DNA of 63,860 nt, filler included, from Octopus bimaculoides (Eukaryota): assembly GCF_001194135.2 (NCBI RefSeq). It is 8 parts of 8 records of this genome, joined end to end, with 100 filler letters (N's around TTAATTAATTAA, not from the genome) between each part and the next. Parts side by side here need not be neighbours in the genome. Positions count along the whole stretch, not along the records: positions 1 to 6,507 come from NC_068984.1; positions 6,608 to 38,047 come from NC_068987.1; 6 more parts are not named here. The stretch is one strand, 5' to 3'. Both the position numbers and the translations under genes were made by a program. This document shows, in pieces, positions 1 to 12,016 of this stretch. Within the stretch, counting starts at the first letter, position 1. Each line of letters begins with the position of its first letter. A model generated the notes under the pieces. The model was not told the DNA's origin, did not search any database, and worked only from the letters and a program-made list of their open reading frames with translations.

Positions 1-1130
1 TATTTCGTCTGCGTTTATGTTCGATTTTGCCTTCCATCCTTTCGGGGTCAATAAATTAAGTACCAGTTGAGCACGGGATAGCGGTGTAATCGACTATCCC
101 CGACCCCGAAAACTTCAGGTCTTGTGCCTATAGTAGAAAGGATTATTAAATGTGAATTTAGTTATAATTTCGATGACATACGACATTGGCATACCAGTTT
201 CATTAATAAACACTTTTATCATTGAATATTTTTGTTTCTTAAGGCGGCGAGCTGGGAGAATCGTTAGCACGCCGGGCGAAATGCTTAGCGGTATTTCGTC
301 TGCGTTTATGTTCGATTTTGCCTTCCATCCTTTCGGGGTCAATAAATTAAGTACCAGTTGCGTACTAGGATCGATCTAATCGACTGGCCTCCTCCCCAAA
401 AAAATTTCGGGCCTTGTGCCTAAAGTAGAAAAGAATATTTTTGTTTTTTAAATAATTTCATTATTACTGAATACTGAAAGGTAGTGAGCTGGTAGACTCG
501 TTAGCACGCCAGACAAAATGCTTCGTTACACTTATTCGACCTCTGCGTTCTCAGTTCAAATTCCAGCGAGGTTGACATTGTCTTTAGTCCTTTCAGGAAT
601 AGATAACATAAGAACTTGTTGAGCACCGGGGTCGATGTAATCGGCTTACTCGCGTGCAGGTATAGCTGAGTGGTAAGAAGTTTACTTCACAACCACATGG
701 TTCCGGGTTCAGTTTCACTGCGTGGCACCTTGAACAAGTGTCTTCTGCAATAGCCTCAGATTGTGAGTGGATTTCGTAGACGGAAGCCGAAAGAAACCCG
801 TCGCATATATATGTATTTATCTGCAGATGTATATGCCTTTGGGCTTGTATTTGTCCCCCACCACTTAGTGGTTCGGCAAGGAAGACTGATAGAACAAGTA
901 CCAGACTTAAAATAAAAATTAAGTACAAGGCGGTGAGTGGAACAATATGCTTTGCGATGTTTCTTCTGGCTTTACGTTCTGATTTCAAATTTTGCTGAGG
1001 TCGAATTTTGCCTTTCTTCCCTTCGGGGTAATTAAAATAAAGTACCAGTCAACTACCTGAGTAGATGTAATTGATTAGCTCCCTCCACCAAATTTTCAGG
1101 ACTTATGCCTATCGTAGAAAGAATTATTAT
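1..1130 (+). mobile_element. Cluster of four same-orientation copies of a tRNA-derived SINE (family A) with one family B copy (about 651-905) between them
   Basis: Copies at about 1-150, 245-440, 480-650 and 927-1130 share GAGCTGG(C/G)AGAATCGTTAGCAC, GTTCAAATTCC (B box), cctttcggggtc..taagtaccag and ccttgtgcct..agtagaaaggattatt. Confidence 0.8.
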
Positions 1131-1685
1131 CGTCGTCATCATGATTATGATGATCATCATTACATTGGGTTGCAGCGTTAATGTGGCAGTGCATTTATGA
1201 CAGATTTGGAGTCCATATTTAACACTATGATTTCATGCAAAATTGTCGGAACGGTATCAAACGTTGGCTCGAAACGTCTTCATTGTCATTCAAACTGCTT
1301 CAAATAGCAGTTAAATCTTCCTAAAAGTAAAACCCATCATCTTAAACCAAGAAGAGCAAATAGGACAGCAACGATGTCCCAGATATAGACAAGATATATA
1401 CACAATAGACAAGATGATCAGGACTGAAATAGCTGTGGTTGTGTATTTGGTTCGTTCAGGACTGACTTGGAGCTAAACAACGGCAGCAACAACTTGCCAA
1501 AAGTCAGCTCAGTATAAACTGCAAAATTTGAAAAATGTACTTGAAATGTAGCTTTACATTTTATTTTTATTTTTTCCTTCTATTTAACAATTTTTGCTTA
1601 AAGCCATTAATTATGTGAAGTCACTCGTGTGTGTGGAAATGTGTCCTGTTGTAAGTGCACAAACTGGAACTATACAAAGGAGTTA

Positions 1686-1687
1686 AA

Positions 1688-1739
<52 letters not shown>

Positions 1740-1767
1740 ATGAATGAATGAATGAATGAATGAATGA
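1686..1767. repeat. (GAAA)n then (GAAT)n compound microsatellite
   Basis: Direct reading. Confidence 0.95.
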
Positions 1768-2044
1768 TAGGCGCGTAAGCAAGCTAAGAAACGTATGGAA
1801 TTATTTGAGAAAGGCTAAAAAAATCATTGGTTAAGTTTTCCAGACGGAACAAAAATGGATATAGATGAAGATTATATAATATAGGAAAATGAATTTTATT
1901 ATATATATTTTATTATAATATTTTATTATATTTATTATTATATCTTATAATTTTATAAGATACAGAAAAATGATCCATACTTTGAAAAGAGAATAATTTA
2001 CGAAGTTTCTTTCACTTTTTCACCAAATTATTTTATTTTTGTAG

Positions 2045-2188
2045 GTATCCGAGTTCTTCCAGCGATGACTAATCTTCTAAGTATATCAGCAGTAATTGTT
2101 GCTGGTATTTGTATATATTATATGGTGAAGGAACCAACACTTCCAGCTTTAGTAGAGAAAGCAGATCCTGTTTATGATTATATCATAA
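2045..2188 (+). CDS. 5' coding exon of a probable GMC (glucose-methanol-choline) FAD oxidoreductase; remaining exons not found in window
   Basis: Acceptor tttttgtag at 2044, donor gtaagt at 2189. ATG at 2065 gives MTNLLSISAVIVAGICIYYMVKEPTLPALVEKADPVYDYII(I): hydrophobic signal/anchor followed by YDYII, the strand that precedes GxGxxG in GMC enzymes. The GAGSAG exon was not seen, so other flavoproteins are not excluded. Confidence 0.65.
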
Positions 2189-2334
2189 GTAAGTAGTTCT
2201 CTTACTATCAATATTAGCATGATATGCATTATTTAAAATGTAAATAAGGAGATTGGTGTTAATTTCATTCTTTCAATTCAACGTAAAAGATGTCATAATT
2301 AGCAGTTTTCTCAAAAGATCACTTTTGTCTTTTA

Positions 2335-2528
2335 TTTTTTACTTGTTTCAGTCAGTGGACTACGGCGATTCTGGAGTACCACCTTGAAGGGTTTAGTCAA
2401 ACAAATCTACCCTAGACGTTCTTTTTTTAAAGCCTGGTATTTATTCTATTGGTCTCTTTTTCTGTACCACTTAGATACAGAAAACGAGCTATTATTGGTT
2501 GTCAAGCGGTAGTGGGAAACAAATACAC

Positions 2529-2585
<57 letters not shown>

Positions 2586-2730
2586 ATACAACGGGTTTCT
2601 TTCAGTTTCCATTTACTAAATCCACTCATAAGACCATAGTAGAAGACACTTGCCCAAGGTGCCAGGTTGTAAGACTGAACCCAGAACCATATGGTTGAAA
2701 ACAAACTTCTTACCACACGGCCACGCTTGA
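2335..2730 (-). mobile_element. tRNA-derived SINE, family B, with internal (CA)n
   Basis: Reverse complement of the family seen at 51726-52085 (ggttcagtc..gcaccttgggcaagtgtcttctactat..aaactgaaagaaacccg). Confidence 0.8.
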
Positions 2731-3624
2731 GTCTACCTCTATGTATTCTGGGCGAATATCCTTCAATATACTTAACAATACATATCCAATTCATACCTCT
2801 TACACCAGAATGTATCTTTATTCCATGCTCAACGCTGGGTCTGCTTGCATTCAACTTCACTTTCCCTCAATATAGAGTACTACATAACTATTCTTTCCCT
2901 CTTCTCACCTTGATGTACCACTTAACCACTCTTTCTGATCATGGATTTACCTAAAAAAGACTTCATCCTACTAGATTTAATTGGGCTCTCCTACCCTCCT
3001 GGACATAAGGAACCACAACAAATATCATTGATGAGGAGCATTCTTTCCTCTGTCTAACCTATATTTCTCCGATGACGGTATACCCGACTTATAGACTCTT
3101 CGCTCGATACGACACTTCAATAGAATCCTAGAAACAGCTGTCAGAGACTACCTTTACCTGTTTTGTACTATTCATACCATTCGTTATGTAACTAAATGTT
3201 TAGACTGAATTAAAGGAAATCAAATGCCCTAGTCCTGCCTTGACTAATTGTCTGACTTTCCTCACTACTTTATATTATACCTACTGACTCAAAGGGAAGC
3301 CATCATTAGCCGTTTTTGAACAAGTCGTCCACACAATCACAACTTCAACTACTGTTCTAACTGGAATTTTAATTGTACACCTATTTAGACACTCAGAACG
3401 CATACCTATTAGTTTGAATCACCTTCTCTTAAATAATTCATATCTTCAATATGTATTCTATTAATAGATTTCTTATAAATTTCTGAGTAACGTAAGGTTA
3501 ATCTTGTGGTTCAATTCTAAGGATAAACAATACCCCATACTCTACATAATTATTACTAATATATTTACTAATATATTTAATTATATATATAATTATATAT
3601 AATAGCATATATAATTATAATATG

Positions 3625-3776
<152 letters not shown>

Positions 3777-3974
3777 TACCGAATTAAAAGCAGCGCTAGT
3801 GTTGTAAACATTATCGACCGCACATGCTTTCTTTGTTCGCCGGTTCACTTGCAATATGGCGCTTGGAGGCAACTTGTCTCGTCTGTCTATGACTTTCAGG
3901 TGTTGTAACACTTCGCGTTATGAAGCAGCCGTACCCCAAGCACTATACGGAGTGAACCGGCGAATATATCTATT

Positions 3975-4019
<45 letters not shown>

Positions 4020-5788
4020 TTATCAACCAGTTGATTCATATTTGCTATACTTCTTTCTAACTGGCGTGAGTTAATTTATATACTGCTATTTTATTGGCAT
4101 TTTTTACTTCGTCTCAGGTGAAGCGGCATTTTTATATAATTTACTTTTGTCAATTTATACAATTAGCTATAAAAAAAGAACTAGTTAAAACTTTTTGAAA
4201 AAAATTCAGTTTTTTATTTTCTTTTTATACTTTTCGAATTGTGTCGCGGTGTTTTTTTTGTCTTTTTTTTTGTGTAAGATAGGAGAACCAGCAGAAAAAT
4301 AGCTGACGCACGAGTGATAATATTCTTAATTAACTGAAACCGGAAAAGTGCAGAAGAAATGGTGGGAGATTTTTAAAATATTACAACTGAAGTTGGAAAT
4401 TATATAAGAAAAATGTGCTGTTGAAAATACGTTGCTTCATTCAAGAGTAAAAGTGTATCCCCTCTTTAGATTCTAATATCCTCTATAAAGAAAATTCTAT
4501 GTGGAACAGATATTGTTACATTTCAGGATGGTAAAAATAAATACTATCCCGAAATATAACAACATCTATACTGAACTTTCTATATTTACTCCCTATAAAA
4601 TCCAATATGTTGGAAGGGAGTCGAAGTACTCGTATGAAGGAGATGCAAACTTATCTTTAAACTTTTAAAACACTCAGCTATCTTCCTTTTATGTTTTTCC
4701 AACTACAGCTGAGTTGACATTTAAGTATCAAAAGAGGAAACCTGACTACCGTGGACCGTATCTTGACTAACAATCAAGCAGGCATTAATCCTGTCAGTTC
4801 AGAAATAGAGATCGATAGTGAGGCGGTTTTAGCGAGGTCTATCTTCCTCACTATGCAAAAACGACAATTTATTGTCAGTAGAGCAAAGGATATGAGTCTA
4901 AGCTTGTGAAACTCTGGAAACCCAACAATCCTGTGGCTCTATAAAATTTGAACAACAAATCCTTTCCTTAAAGGGCAAAAAATTGTATTTACCTTTTTCA
5001 GACTCAGCATAAATCCATTGGGAAAGATCCCAATTCGGCATGTATATGAGAGGGTCCTGTGAGAGAGAAAAGAAAACAGCTCTTCAAATATCTTGCCGTT
5101 ACCAAACATGCTGCCCAAAAGCAGCCTAGTCCTCCATTTAATACTTCCCTTACTTTTTTCGATCCGAAACTATCCGAAAGGCATATTAATTAAATTCTAA
5201 CGTCAGCTTCAATATAATTAAGTTTCCATTTTTACTCCTATACTCTTTCAGGTTCAATTAACTAAGAACATCATCGTTTCTGCGCTCGCATTTTTTCAGA
5301 TAGCACACACATATACATGTAATATATATANNNNNNNNNNNNNNNNNNNNNNNNNNNNNNNNNNNNNNNNNNNNNNNNNNNNNNNNNNNNNNNNNNNNNN
5401 NNNNNNNNNNNNNNNNNNNNNNNNNNNNNNNNNNNNNNNNNNNNNNNNNNNNNNNNNNNNNNNNNNNNNNNNNNNNNNNNNNNNNNNNNNNNNNNNNNNN
5501 NNNNNNNNNNNNNNNNNNNNNNNNNNNNNNNNNNNNNNNNNNNNNNNNNNNNNNNNNNNNNNNNNNNNNNNNNNNNNNNNNNNNNNNNNNNNNNNNNNNN
5601 NNNNNNNNNNNNNNNNNNNNNNNNNNNNNNNNNNNNNNNNNNNNNNNNNNNNNNNNNNNNNNNNNNNNNNNNNNNNNNNNNNNNNNNNNNNNNNNNNNNN
5701 NNNNNNNNNNNNNNNNNNNNNNNNNNNNNNNNNNNNNNNNNNNNNNNNNNNNNNNNNNNNNNNNTATATATATATATATTTGTGTGTT

Positions 5789-5860
<72 letters not shown>

Positions 5861-6166
5861 AACAATTGCAGCGTGGAAGGTGTTTATAAGCCATTTAAGA
5901 AACACACAAAAACCGTTAGATTCACTTCAACATATATCTCAGATCAGGTCACTTGCTATGCAAGTACATCTCCGTAATATATATATATTATATATACACA
6001 TTAGCATACACTTATATACTTATAAGCATATACATATATAACCAATCATTAGGATTTTTCATCAGTAAATGTTTGCTGTGTTTTTCATCATTTCATCGGT
6101 TAACAATTCTAAAACTGATGTTTATGCGTTCGAGCAGTTGCTAACACATGCACACACTCACACACA

Positions 6167-6202
<36 letters not shown>

Positions 6203-6212
6203 GAAAGAACGA

Positions 6213-6259
<47 letters not shown>

Positions 6260-6507
6260 GAAAAAAGAATATTGATTTAGAAAGAGATGGACAGACAGAC
6301 AGAAACAGGGTGACAGAGACAGATTGAGCATTGCGTGTTTTTGTCACATAAAATAATAGATATTCTCTTTTTACGTTAATCAGTCTTGTATATGTATATA
6401 ATTTATATGTGGAAATTGTGAATACATTAACGACTTTATGTTCATTGTTGGTTGAAATTGCTCCACTAGCACCATGACAAGGGAAACAGGCCATATAACG
6501 GGCGTAT

Positions 6508-6607
6508 NNNNNNNNNNNNNNNNNNNNNNNNNNNNNNNNNNNNNNNNNNNNTTAATTAATTAANNNNNNNNNNNNNNNNNNNNNNNNNNNNNNNNNNNNN
6601 NNNNNNN
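6508..6607. other. Assembler join pad (44 N + TTAATTAATTAA + 44 N); identical pads at 38048-38147, 46077-46176, 51091-51190, 53761-53860, 59499-59598 and 61696-61795
   Basis: Identical 100-bp structure seven times; the 12-mer places a stop codon in all six frames. Confidence 0.95.
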
Positions 6608-6860
6608 AGCGCGGGCTACTAACCCCAAGATTCCGAGTTCGATTCACGGCAGCGACCTGATTAATAATAGTAATAATAATAATAATATAATAATAGTAAC
6701 ATCGCTAGGAATGAGAACTCAGGTTCGAAATTTCCCCAAGACACCTGACGAAGGCTGGAGGGTATATCAGCTGAAACGTTGTGTTAACAACAAACAAGAT
6801 GAGGACAAATATCCGTCAAATGTAAATAATGTAAATAATTCCTCATCTCTTAAATATAGA
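6608..6860 (+). mobile_element. tRNA-headed, hammerhead-bearing repeat (family D); 5' end cut by assembly pad
   Basis: gggctactaacccc tRNA-like arm, GAGTTCGATTC B box, (AAT)n, then hammerhead core and tail ..cctcatctcttaaatatagaa; other copies at 23878-24118, 24700-24886, 39716-40090. Confidence 0.85.
6740..6785 (+). ncRNA. Minimal type I hammerhead ribozyme motif (PLE-type)
   Basis: GACAC-CTGACGA-A-GGCTG(gagggtatat)CAGCT-GAAAC-GTT-GTGTT: stem I GACAC/GTGTT, core CUGANGA and GAAA, stem II 5 bp, stem III reduced to palindromic ACGU. Confidence 0.65.
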
Positions 6861-7085
6861 AGTGTAACTAAAAGTGTACCTGTAATTAGACAGGCAGAAA
6901 AATAACAACAAATAAAAGAAAGGAAAGAAGATGAAGGGTAGGAATATTTATATATATATATAGATCTATATATATATATATAAATATTCCTACCCTTCAT
7001 CTCCCTGTCATTCATCTTCTTTCCTTTCTTTTATTTGTTGTTATTTTTCTGCCTGTCTAATTACAGGTACACTTTTAGTTACACT
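6861..7085. repeat. Near-perfect palindrome (~225 bp) centred on (TA)n-GATC-(TA)n
   Basis: 6861-6964 is the reverse complement of 6965-7085 except for one TA unit and a 15-nt insertion (ccctgtca plus duplicated ttcatct). Confidence 0.92.
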
Positions 7086-7702
7086 GTATCAGGTAGTCCT
7101 TGATATTCTATATCATCCTCTCTGACTGCCAGACACCACTACCCGCCTCCTTTTGCTGCTCATCATTCTTACCATTGATTACCTTCATTTCTTTTACGAT
7201 TCATTATTTTTTCTTCTCCACACTCTAATGCAACCTTCTTCCACCTTTTTTTATTCTTCTTTTGTCATCACTCTTTTTTCCACTCACCTTCTCAGACATG
7301 CTATCTTGAGGTATGAATGCATCACAGAGTAGCAAGGAGCTCCTTGTCTTACGTTTTACAAAGTAACTTCACTGGTCCTGGTGCTACAATCAATCCAACC
7401 CAGTACAGATCCAGACCATGGGAATCTGTTTAATCCATGTCAGTTTGGAAAGTGTGTGTTGCTCCAGTCCACTCAGGCAAAAGTGAGTTGTACCTGTAAT
7501 TCAAAGGGCCATCATTGTCACATTCTATGTCATGCTGAATCTCCCAGAAAACTACATTAAGATTATGTGTGTTTATGGAGTACTCAACCACTTGCACATT
7601 AATTTCACAAGCAGGCAGTTCCATTGATCAGATCAACTGGAGCACTTGTTGTTGTAACCAATGGAGTGCCAGTTATGATATTTTATGTTATGTATGTATG
7701 TA

Positions 7703-7740
<38 letters not shown>

Positions 7741-8630
7741 CATGCATGTATGAGTCAGCCAGTCAGTCATCATTTTAATGTCCACTTTTCCATGTTTGCA
7801 TAGGTTAGACAAAGTTTTTTGAGGCAGATTATTTTATGGCTGGATGCCCTTCCTGTCACTAACGCACACCTGTTTCCAAGCAAGCTAATATTTTCCCCAT
7901 GGCCAGGATATTGGTAATGAATGACACTGTTGCATCACATTTACAGCTATTTACAACTATAATGTGATGTCAAGAGAAAGAGGCGCACACACAAACATGC
8001 ACTCCCCCACGCTAGCATGGAAAGCGGACGTTAAATGACGATGATGATGATGATGACACACAAACGCTTCTTTCAGTTTCCATCTAGGACATCCAGCCAT
8101 AGAAAAACTTACTCAATAAAATCTATCCAACCCACACACGCATGGAAAAGTGGATGTTAAACAACGGTGGTGATGCTACTGATTGTTATCTATGAATCTG
8201 AGTTGTATAAACCAAGGATAAAGAAGTAAAATATTAAATTTCAAACAATGAAACTGAAATTCAGTTGAAAAAAAAAAAACGAAAATGGAAGCAAATAAAA
8301 AATAAAATTAGAGTTTGAATTTAAAAACATTTTAGTTTTTTTCTTTTTCATTGAATTCTGATTTGAGTTTGTATTGAACTTTGAGATTCTTTTTCTTTGG
8401 AGATGTCTAACAAGTGAGTTGCACTGGAACTGTCACTGAACAGGTTGCAGGAGAGTGCAATGAAAATTTTTATATCAATTATTAAGTGATTAAATGAAGT
8501 TAACAGTTTCTGTGTATTTTTGAAGGGTTAATATGTCTTCCACATTCTAATTGCTTTATCCTCCAAGAAAACAGTTTAAGAAAATATACTCCCACCTTCC
8601 CCATTAGAAACTTAACTCAAACTTGCTATT

Positions 8631-11240
8631 CATCATCATCATTTAACATCTGTTTACCATGCTGGTATGGGTTGGATGGTTTGATTGGAACTAGTAAGGC
8701 CAGGGCCACATCAGGCTCCACTGTCTGTTCTGGCATGGCTCCTATGGCTGGATGCCCTTCCTAACACCAATTACTCCATAGAGTGTATTGGGTGCTTTTA
8801 ACGTGGCCCCAGTACAAGTGCTTTTTATGTGGCATTAGCACTAGTATCAATTCTGCTGTGGCAGATGGGTCTTCTTGAGTACAGCAATGTGCCACTTATC
8901 TTGGTGCTTAGTCATCTCCTTCATAAGGCTCACTGTCTTGAGATCGGCCTTCATCCCATGTTTTCTGAGTCTCCCTCTTCCACAAGTTCCATCCACTATA
9001 AGTGATTGGCTCTTCTGTATGCAGCTGTCTATATCCATATGCATTGCATGACTAAATCAGTGCAGTCTTCTCTCTTACACTTAGCATTTAATTCCTCTTA
9101 TGCTCAACTTTTCCCTCAAAACACTAGTGCTCTGTTGCACATATACACTTACATTGCACATTCAGCAGAGTATACTAGCTTTATTTCTCTCTGGCCTTCA
9201 CATGTCTTCTGCATTCAGGGCCCATGTCTCACTACCATGTAACATTGCTGCTCGTATACATGCATCATACAATCTTCCTTTTACATGGTGAGAGATTTTT
9301 GGTTGCCAACGAGGTAAACGCTCTCTGAATTTTCTCCATCCTATTCTTATTCTAGCAATTACACTTTCCAAGTATCCTCCCTCACAGCTAATTAGGTCTC
9401 CTAGGTAGCAGAATTGTCTACTACTTCTAAAGAGCTTCCGGGGCATTTGAGAAAATCAATTTCCTGAGTATCTGTAGTTTTTATGGCTCCTAAGCATCTT
9501 TCGCATACAAACACCGCCTTCTCTGATAAGCTTCTTATTTTTCCATTGCACCTCTTGTATGTCCCTAGCTTGCACTGGGTATACCATATGGAATTTCTAC
9601 CTACACCTTTTCTACATATTGAGCAGGGCCATTTACCAAAAGGGTCTTGTCTGTTTTCTTGCTTAATAGAACATTAGTCTCTGCTAAGTTAACTTTAAGG
9701 CTCTTTAATTCCAGGTTTTGCTTCTACACCTGGAATTTCTTTTCTAGTTCTGTAACTGAATCTGCTATAAGAGCTATATCATCAGCAAATAACATTTCCC
9801 ATTGGCAGCCAGTCTTGAATTCTTCTGTTATGGCTTGGAGGATGATGATGAATAGGAGCAGACTGAGAACCGAGCCCTGATGAATGCCTACCTCTACACT
9901 AAATCCAGTAAGGTGAGAGTCTATACTCATGGCTAACTCTCATCTTATTGATAGTACCACTGTACATGGCTTGTAACACTTTCACAAGCCACTCATCTAC
10001 CCCTAACTTCCTCAGAGGCCATCATATCACACAGCAAGGTTCTCTGTCAAAAGCCTTCTCTAAGTCAACAAATGCCAAGTACAATGATTTATTCTTGGCC
10101 AAATACTTCTCCTTCAGTTGTCTGACTATAAAGATAGTGTCAGTAGTGCTTCTTCCGGGTACAAAACCAAACTGCATTTCATCTGCCTCTAACTGGGTTG
10201 TAACTCTTTTTGTCACTTTCATGACTTGGTCCAACACCTTGATGCCTCTGTAATTACTTCTATCTAAGGTATGTCCCTTACCCTTGTTGCAGCTGACTAT
10301 AATGCTGCTGCACCAATCTTTGGGGATAACACCTTCCTGGATAACCTGATGAACTATTCAAATATGCCAGATATTTTAAGCATCTTGGCGGTACTCCTGA
10401 TGGTCCCTGGGCTTTCCATATCTTCATATCCTTAATTGCTTTTCTATCATGCTGCTGTCAATTTGAATAGCTGGTGCCTCTGTTGGGTTCACATAGGGAA
10501 GGTCTCTTTCTCCCATTCACTCTCCACAGTAGCCTTTCTATGCTTCTTTCTTTTCGAAGCCTCTGCATGCAAGCATCCACATGTACACATTTCTCTCCCA
10601 CAGCATCTTGATTTTCTCTGACACTGTTTAGCAATCCCAAACACCTTAAGTCTCTGCTCTTCTCACTGTAAGACATTAACAAACCTCTTCCTTTCTGCTT
10701 CTGCCCTGGCTAGATAAACCTGTCGCCTAGCTTCCCTCCTGACTACCTGATTTAGCTCTTTGTTGCTTCCATTTCTCTTATCTTTCCAAGCCTGTCTTCA
10801 CTTTTATGGCCCTGTCTATCTCACTGTTCCATCACCCATTAGGTTCCACCACCCACTGCTTCACCACTCTCCATCTGACAGACTTTACTCCAGCTACAGA
10901 TCTGGTCTGCAGCCTTCAGAATGTTATCTCATAGGAACTTCTAGTTCACAACCTGCTCCTCTTTCTTATCAAATTCTTTAATCAGAATGTCTCTAAATCT
11001 CTGACTGTTTAATGGAATTTTCAGTTTCCATGACTTCCTTTTCCAGACTAGTTTGTGTCTCTGTGTCTGTCTAGCCCTTAGTCTGAAGTCATTAACCACT
11101 AACCTACGTTGATTTGTACATTCCTCACTAGGAAAAGATTTTGCATTTATAAGCATGCAGGGGATTGTGGTTGACACCTGTGAAAATAAAGAAGAGTACT
11201 TTTTGTGGTACATGCCAGAGTGATACAGGTCCTTGCACAT
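8631..11240 (-). mobile_element. RTE-clade LINE, 5'-truncated and decayed (APE C-terminus, RT, 3' UTR, (TGA)n tail)
   Basis: Fragments QFGFVPGRSTTDTIFIVRQLKEKY..LAFVDLEKAFD, QGSVLSLLLF..MLFADDIAL, VKGRLYDACIRAAMLHGSETWALN; multiple stops and frameshifts. Confidence 0.92.
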
Positions 11241-12016
11241 GTTAGTGAAAGCAAGTATAGGTAAATATGCAAAGGCTATTTAATGTTCACAGTCTCCCTC
11301 CCACCCCGTAAAGTATTTAAGGGCAAGCCCCAGCAAGAATAAATAAAGGAGGGGACAGTACAGTTATGGGTAGAGCAGTCATACAGCATCAGTCAACTTC
11401 TGGCAATATTGAAAATAGGTGATACATACATATATGAATTACATATACAAGTGCTTAGGCATATAAGCATATGTAACTGTAGATGTACATAGACTAACAG
11501 AGATACATAAGATACAATGGCACATAAAACTGTATGTATGCATGGTTGTGTTGACATCTACATAAGCCCATTGACATGTGTACACACATTTACGCACTTT
11601 ACACACTCATACATTGGCATTTGCATGCCTAACTTTAACAAGGGTGGAGGTGGGATAGGAGGGAGGGTTGAGGGGAACTAGTGTTAGTGGCTGCACATTT
11701 AGTTTTTGCTTATATAGGCCCTCTGATCACATGGATACCCCAAGTAGTGAATTTAAGAATCTATTTACCCAAACAAGAATGTCGGTATGTTCCCTTACTG
11801 CTAATGCTACCATGATGACAAATGATATGATATTCTTTCATTCATTCTTTCATTGGCATACCATCTGAGAGAAACTATAGTAAAGTGATTTGGATGTTAA
11901 AATGCATGTTATTGAAATACGTATTCATGAATATTCTAGCAATGAAAATATGAAATAATAAAGCAATGATACATTGGTATTTTCTGTCACTGGAGTATAG
12001 TCAGTGTTTCTGATAA

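Noticed and set aside
5258-5905. Long ORFs spanning N gaps (also 44777-45611, 36199-36594, and the tail of 59796-61532)
   Set aside because: Length comes from X residues and microsatellites. Only the first ~290 aa of the 59796 ORF is real (PLE).
6552-6563. TTAATTAATTAA 12-mer recurring seven times between N runs
   Set aside because: Always centred in an identical 100-bp pad; a synthetic six-frame stop inserted by the assembler, not a biological motif.
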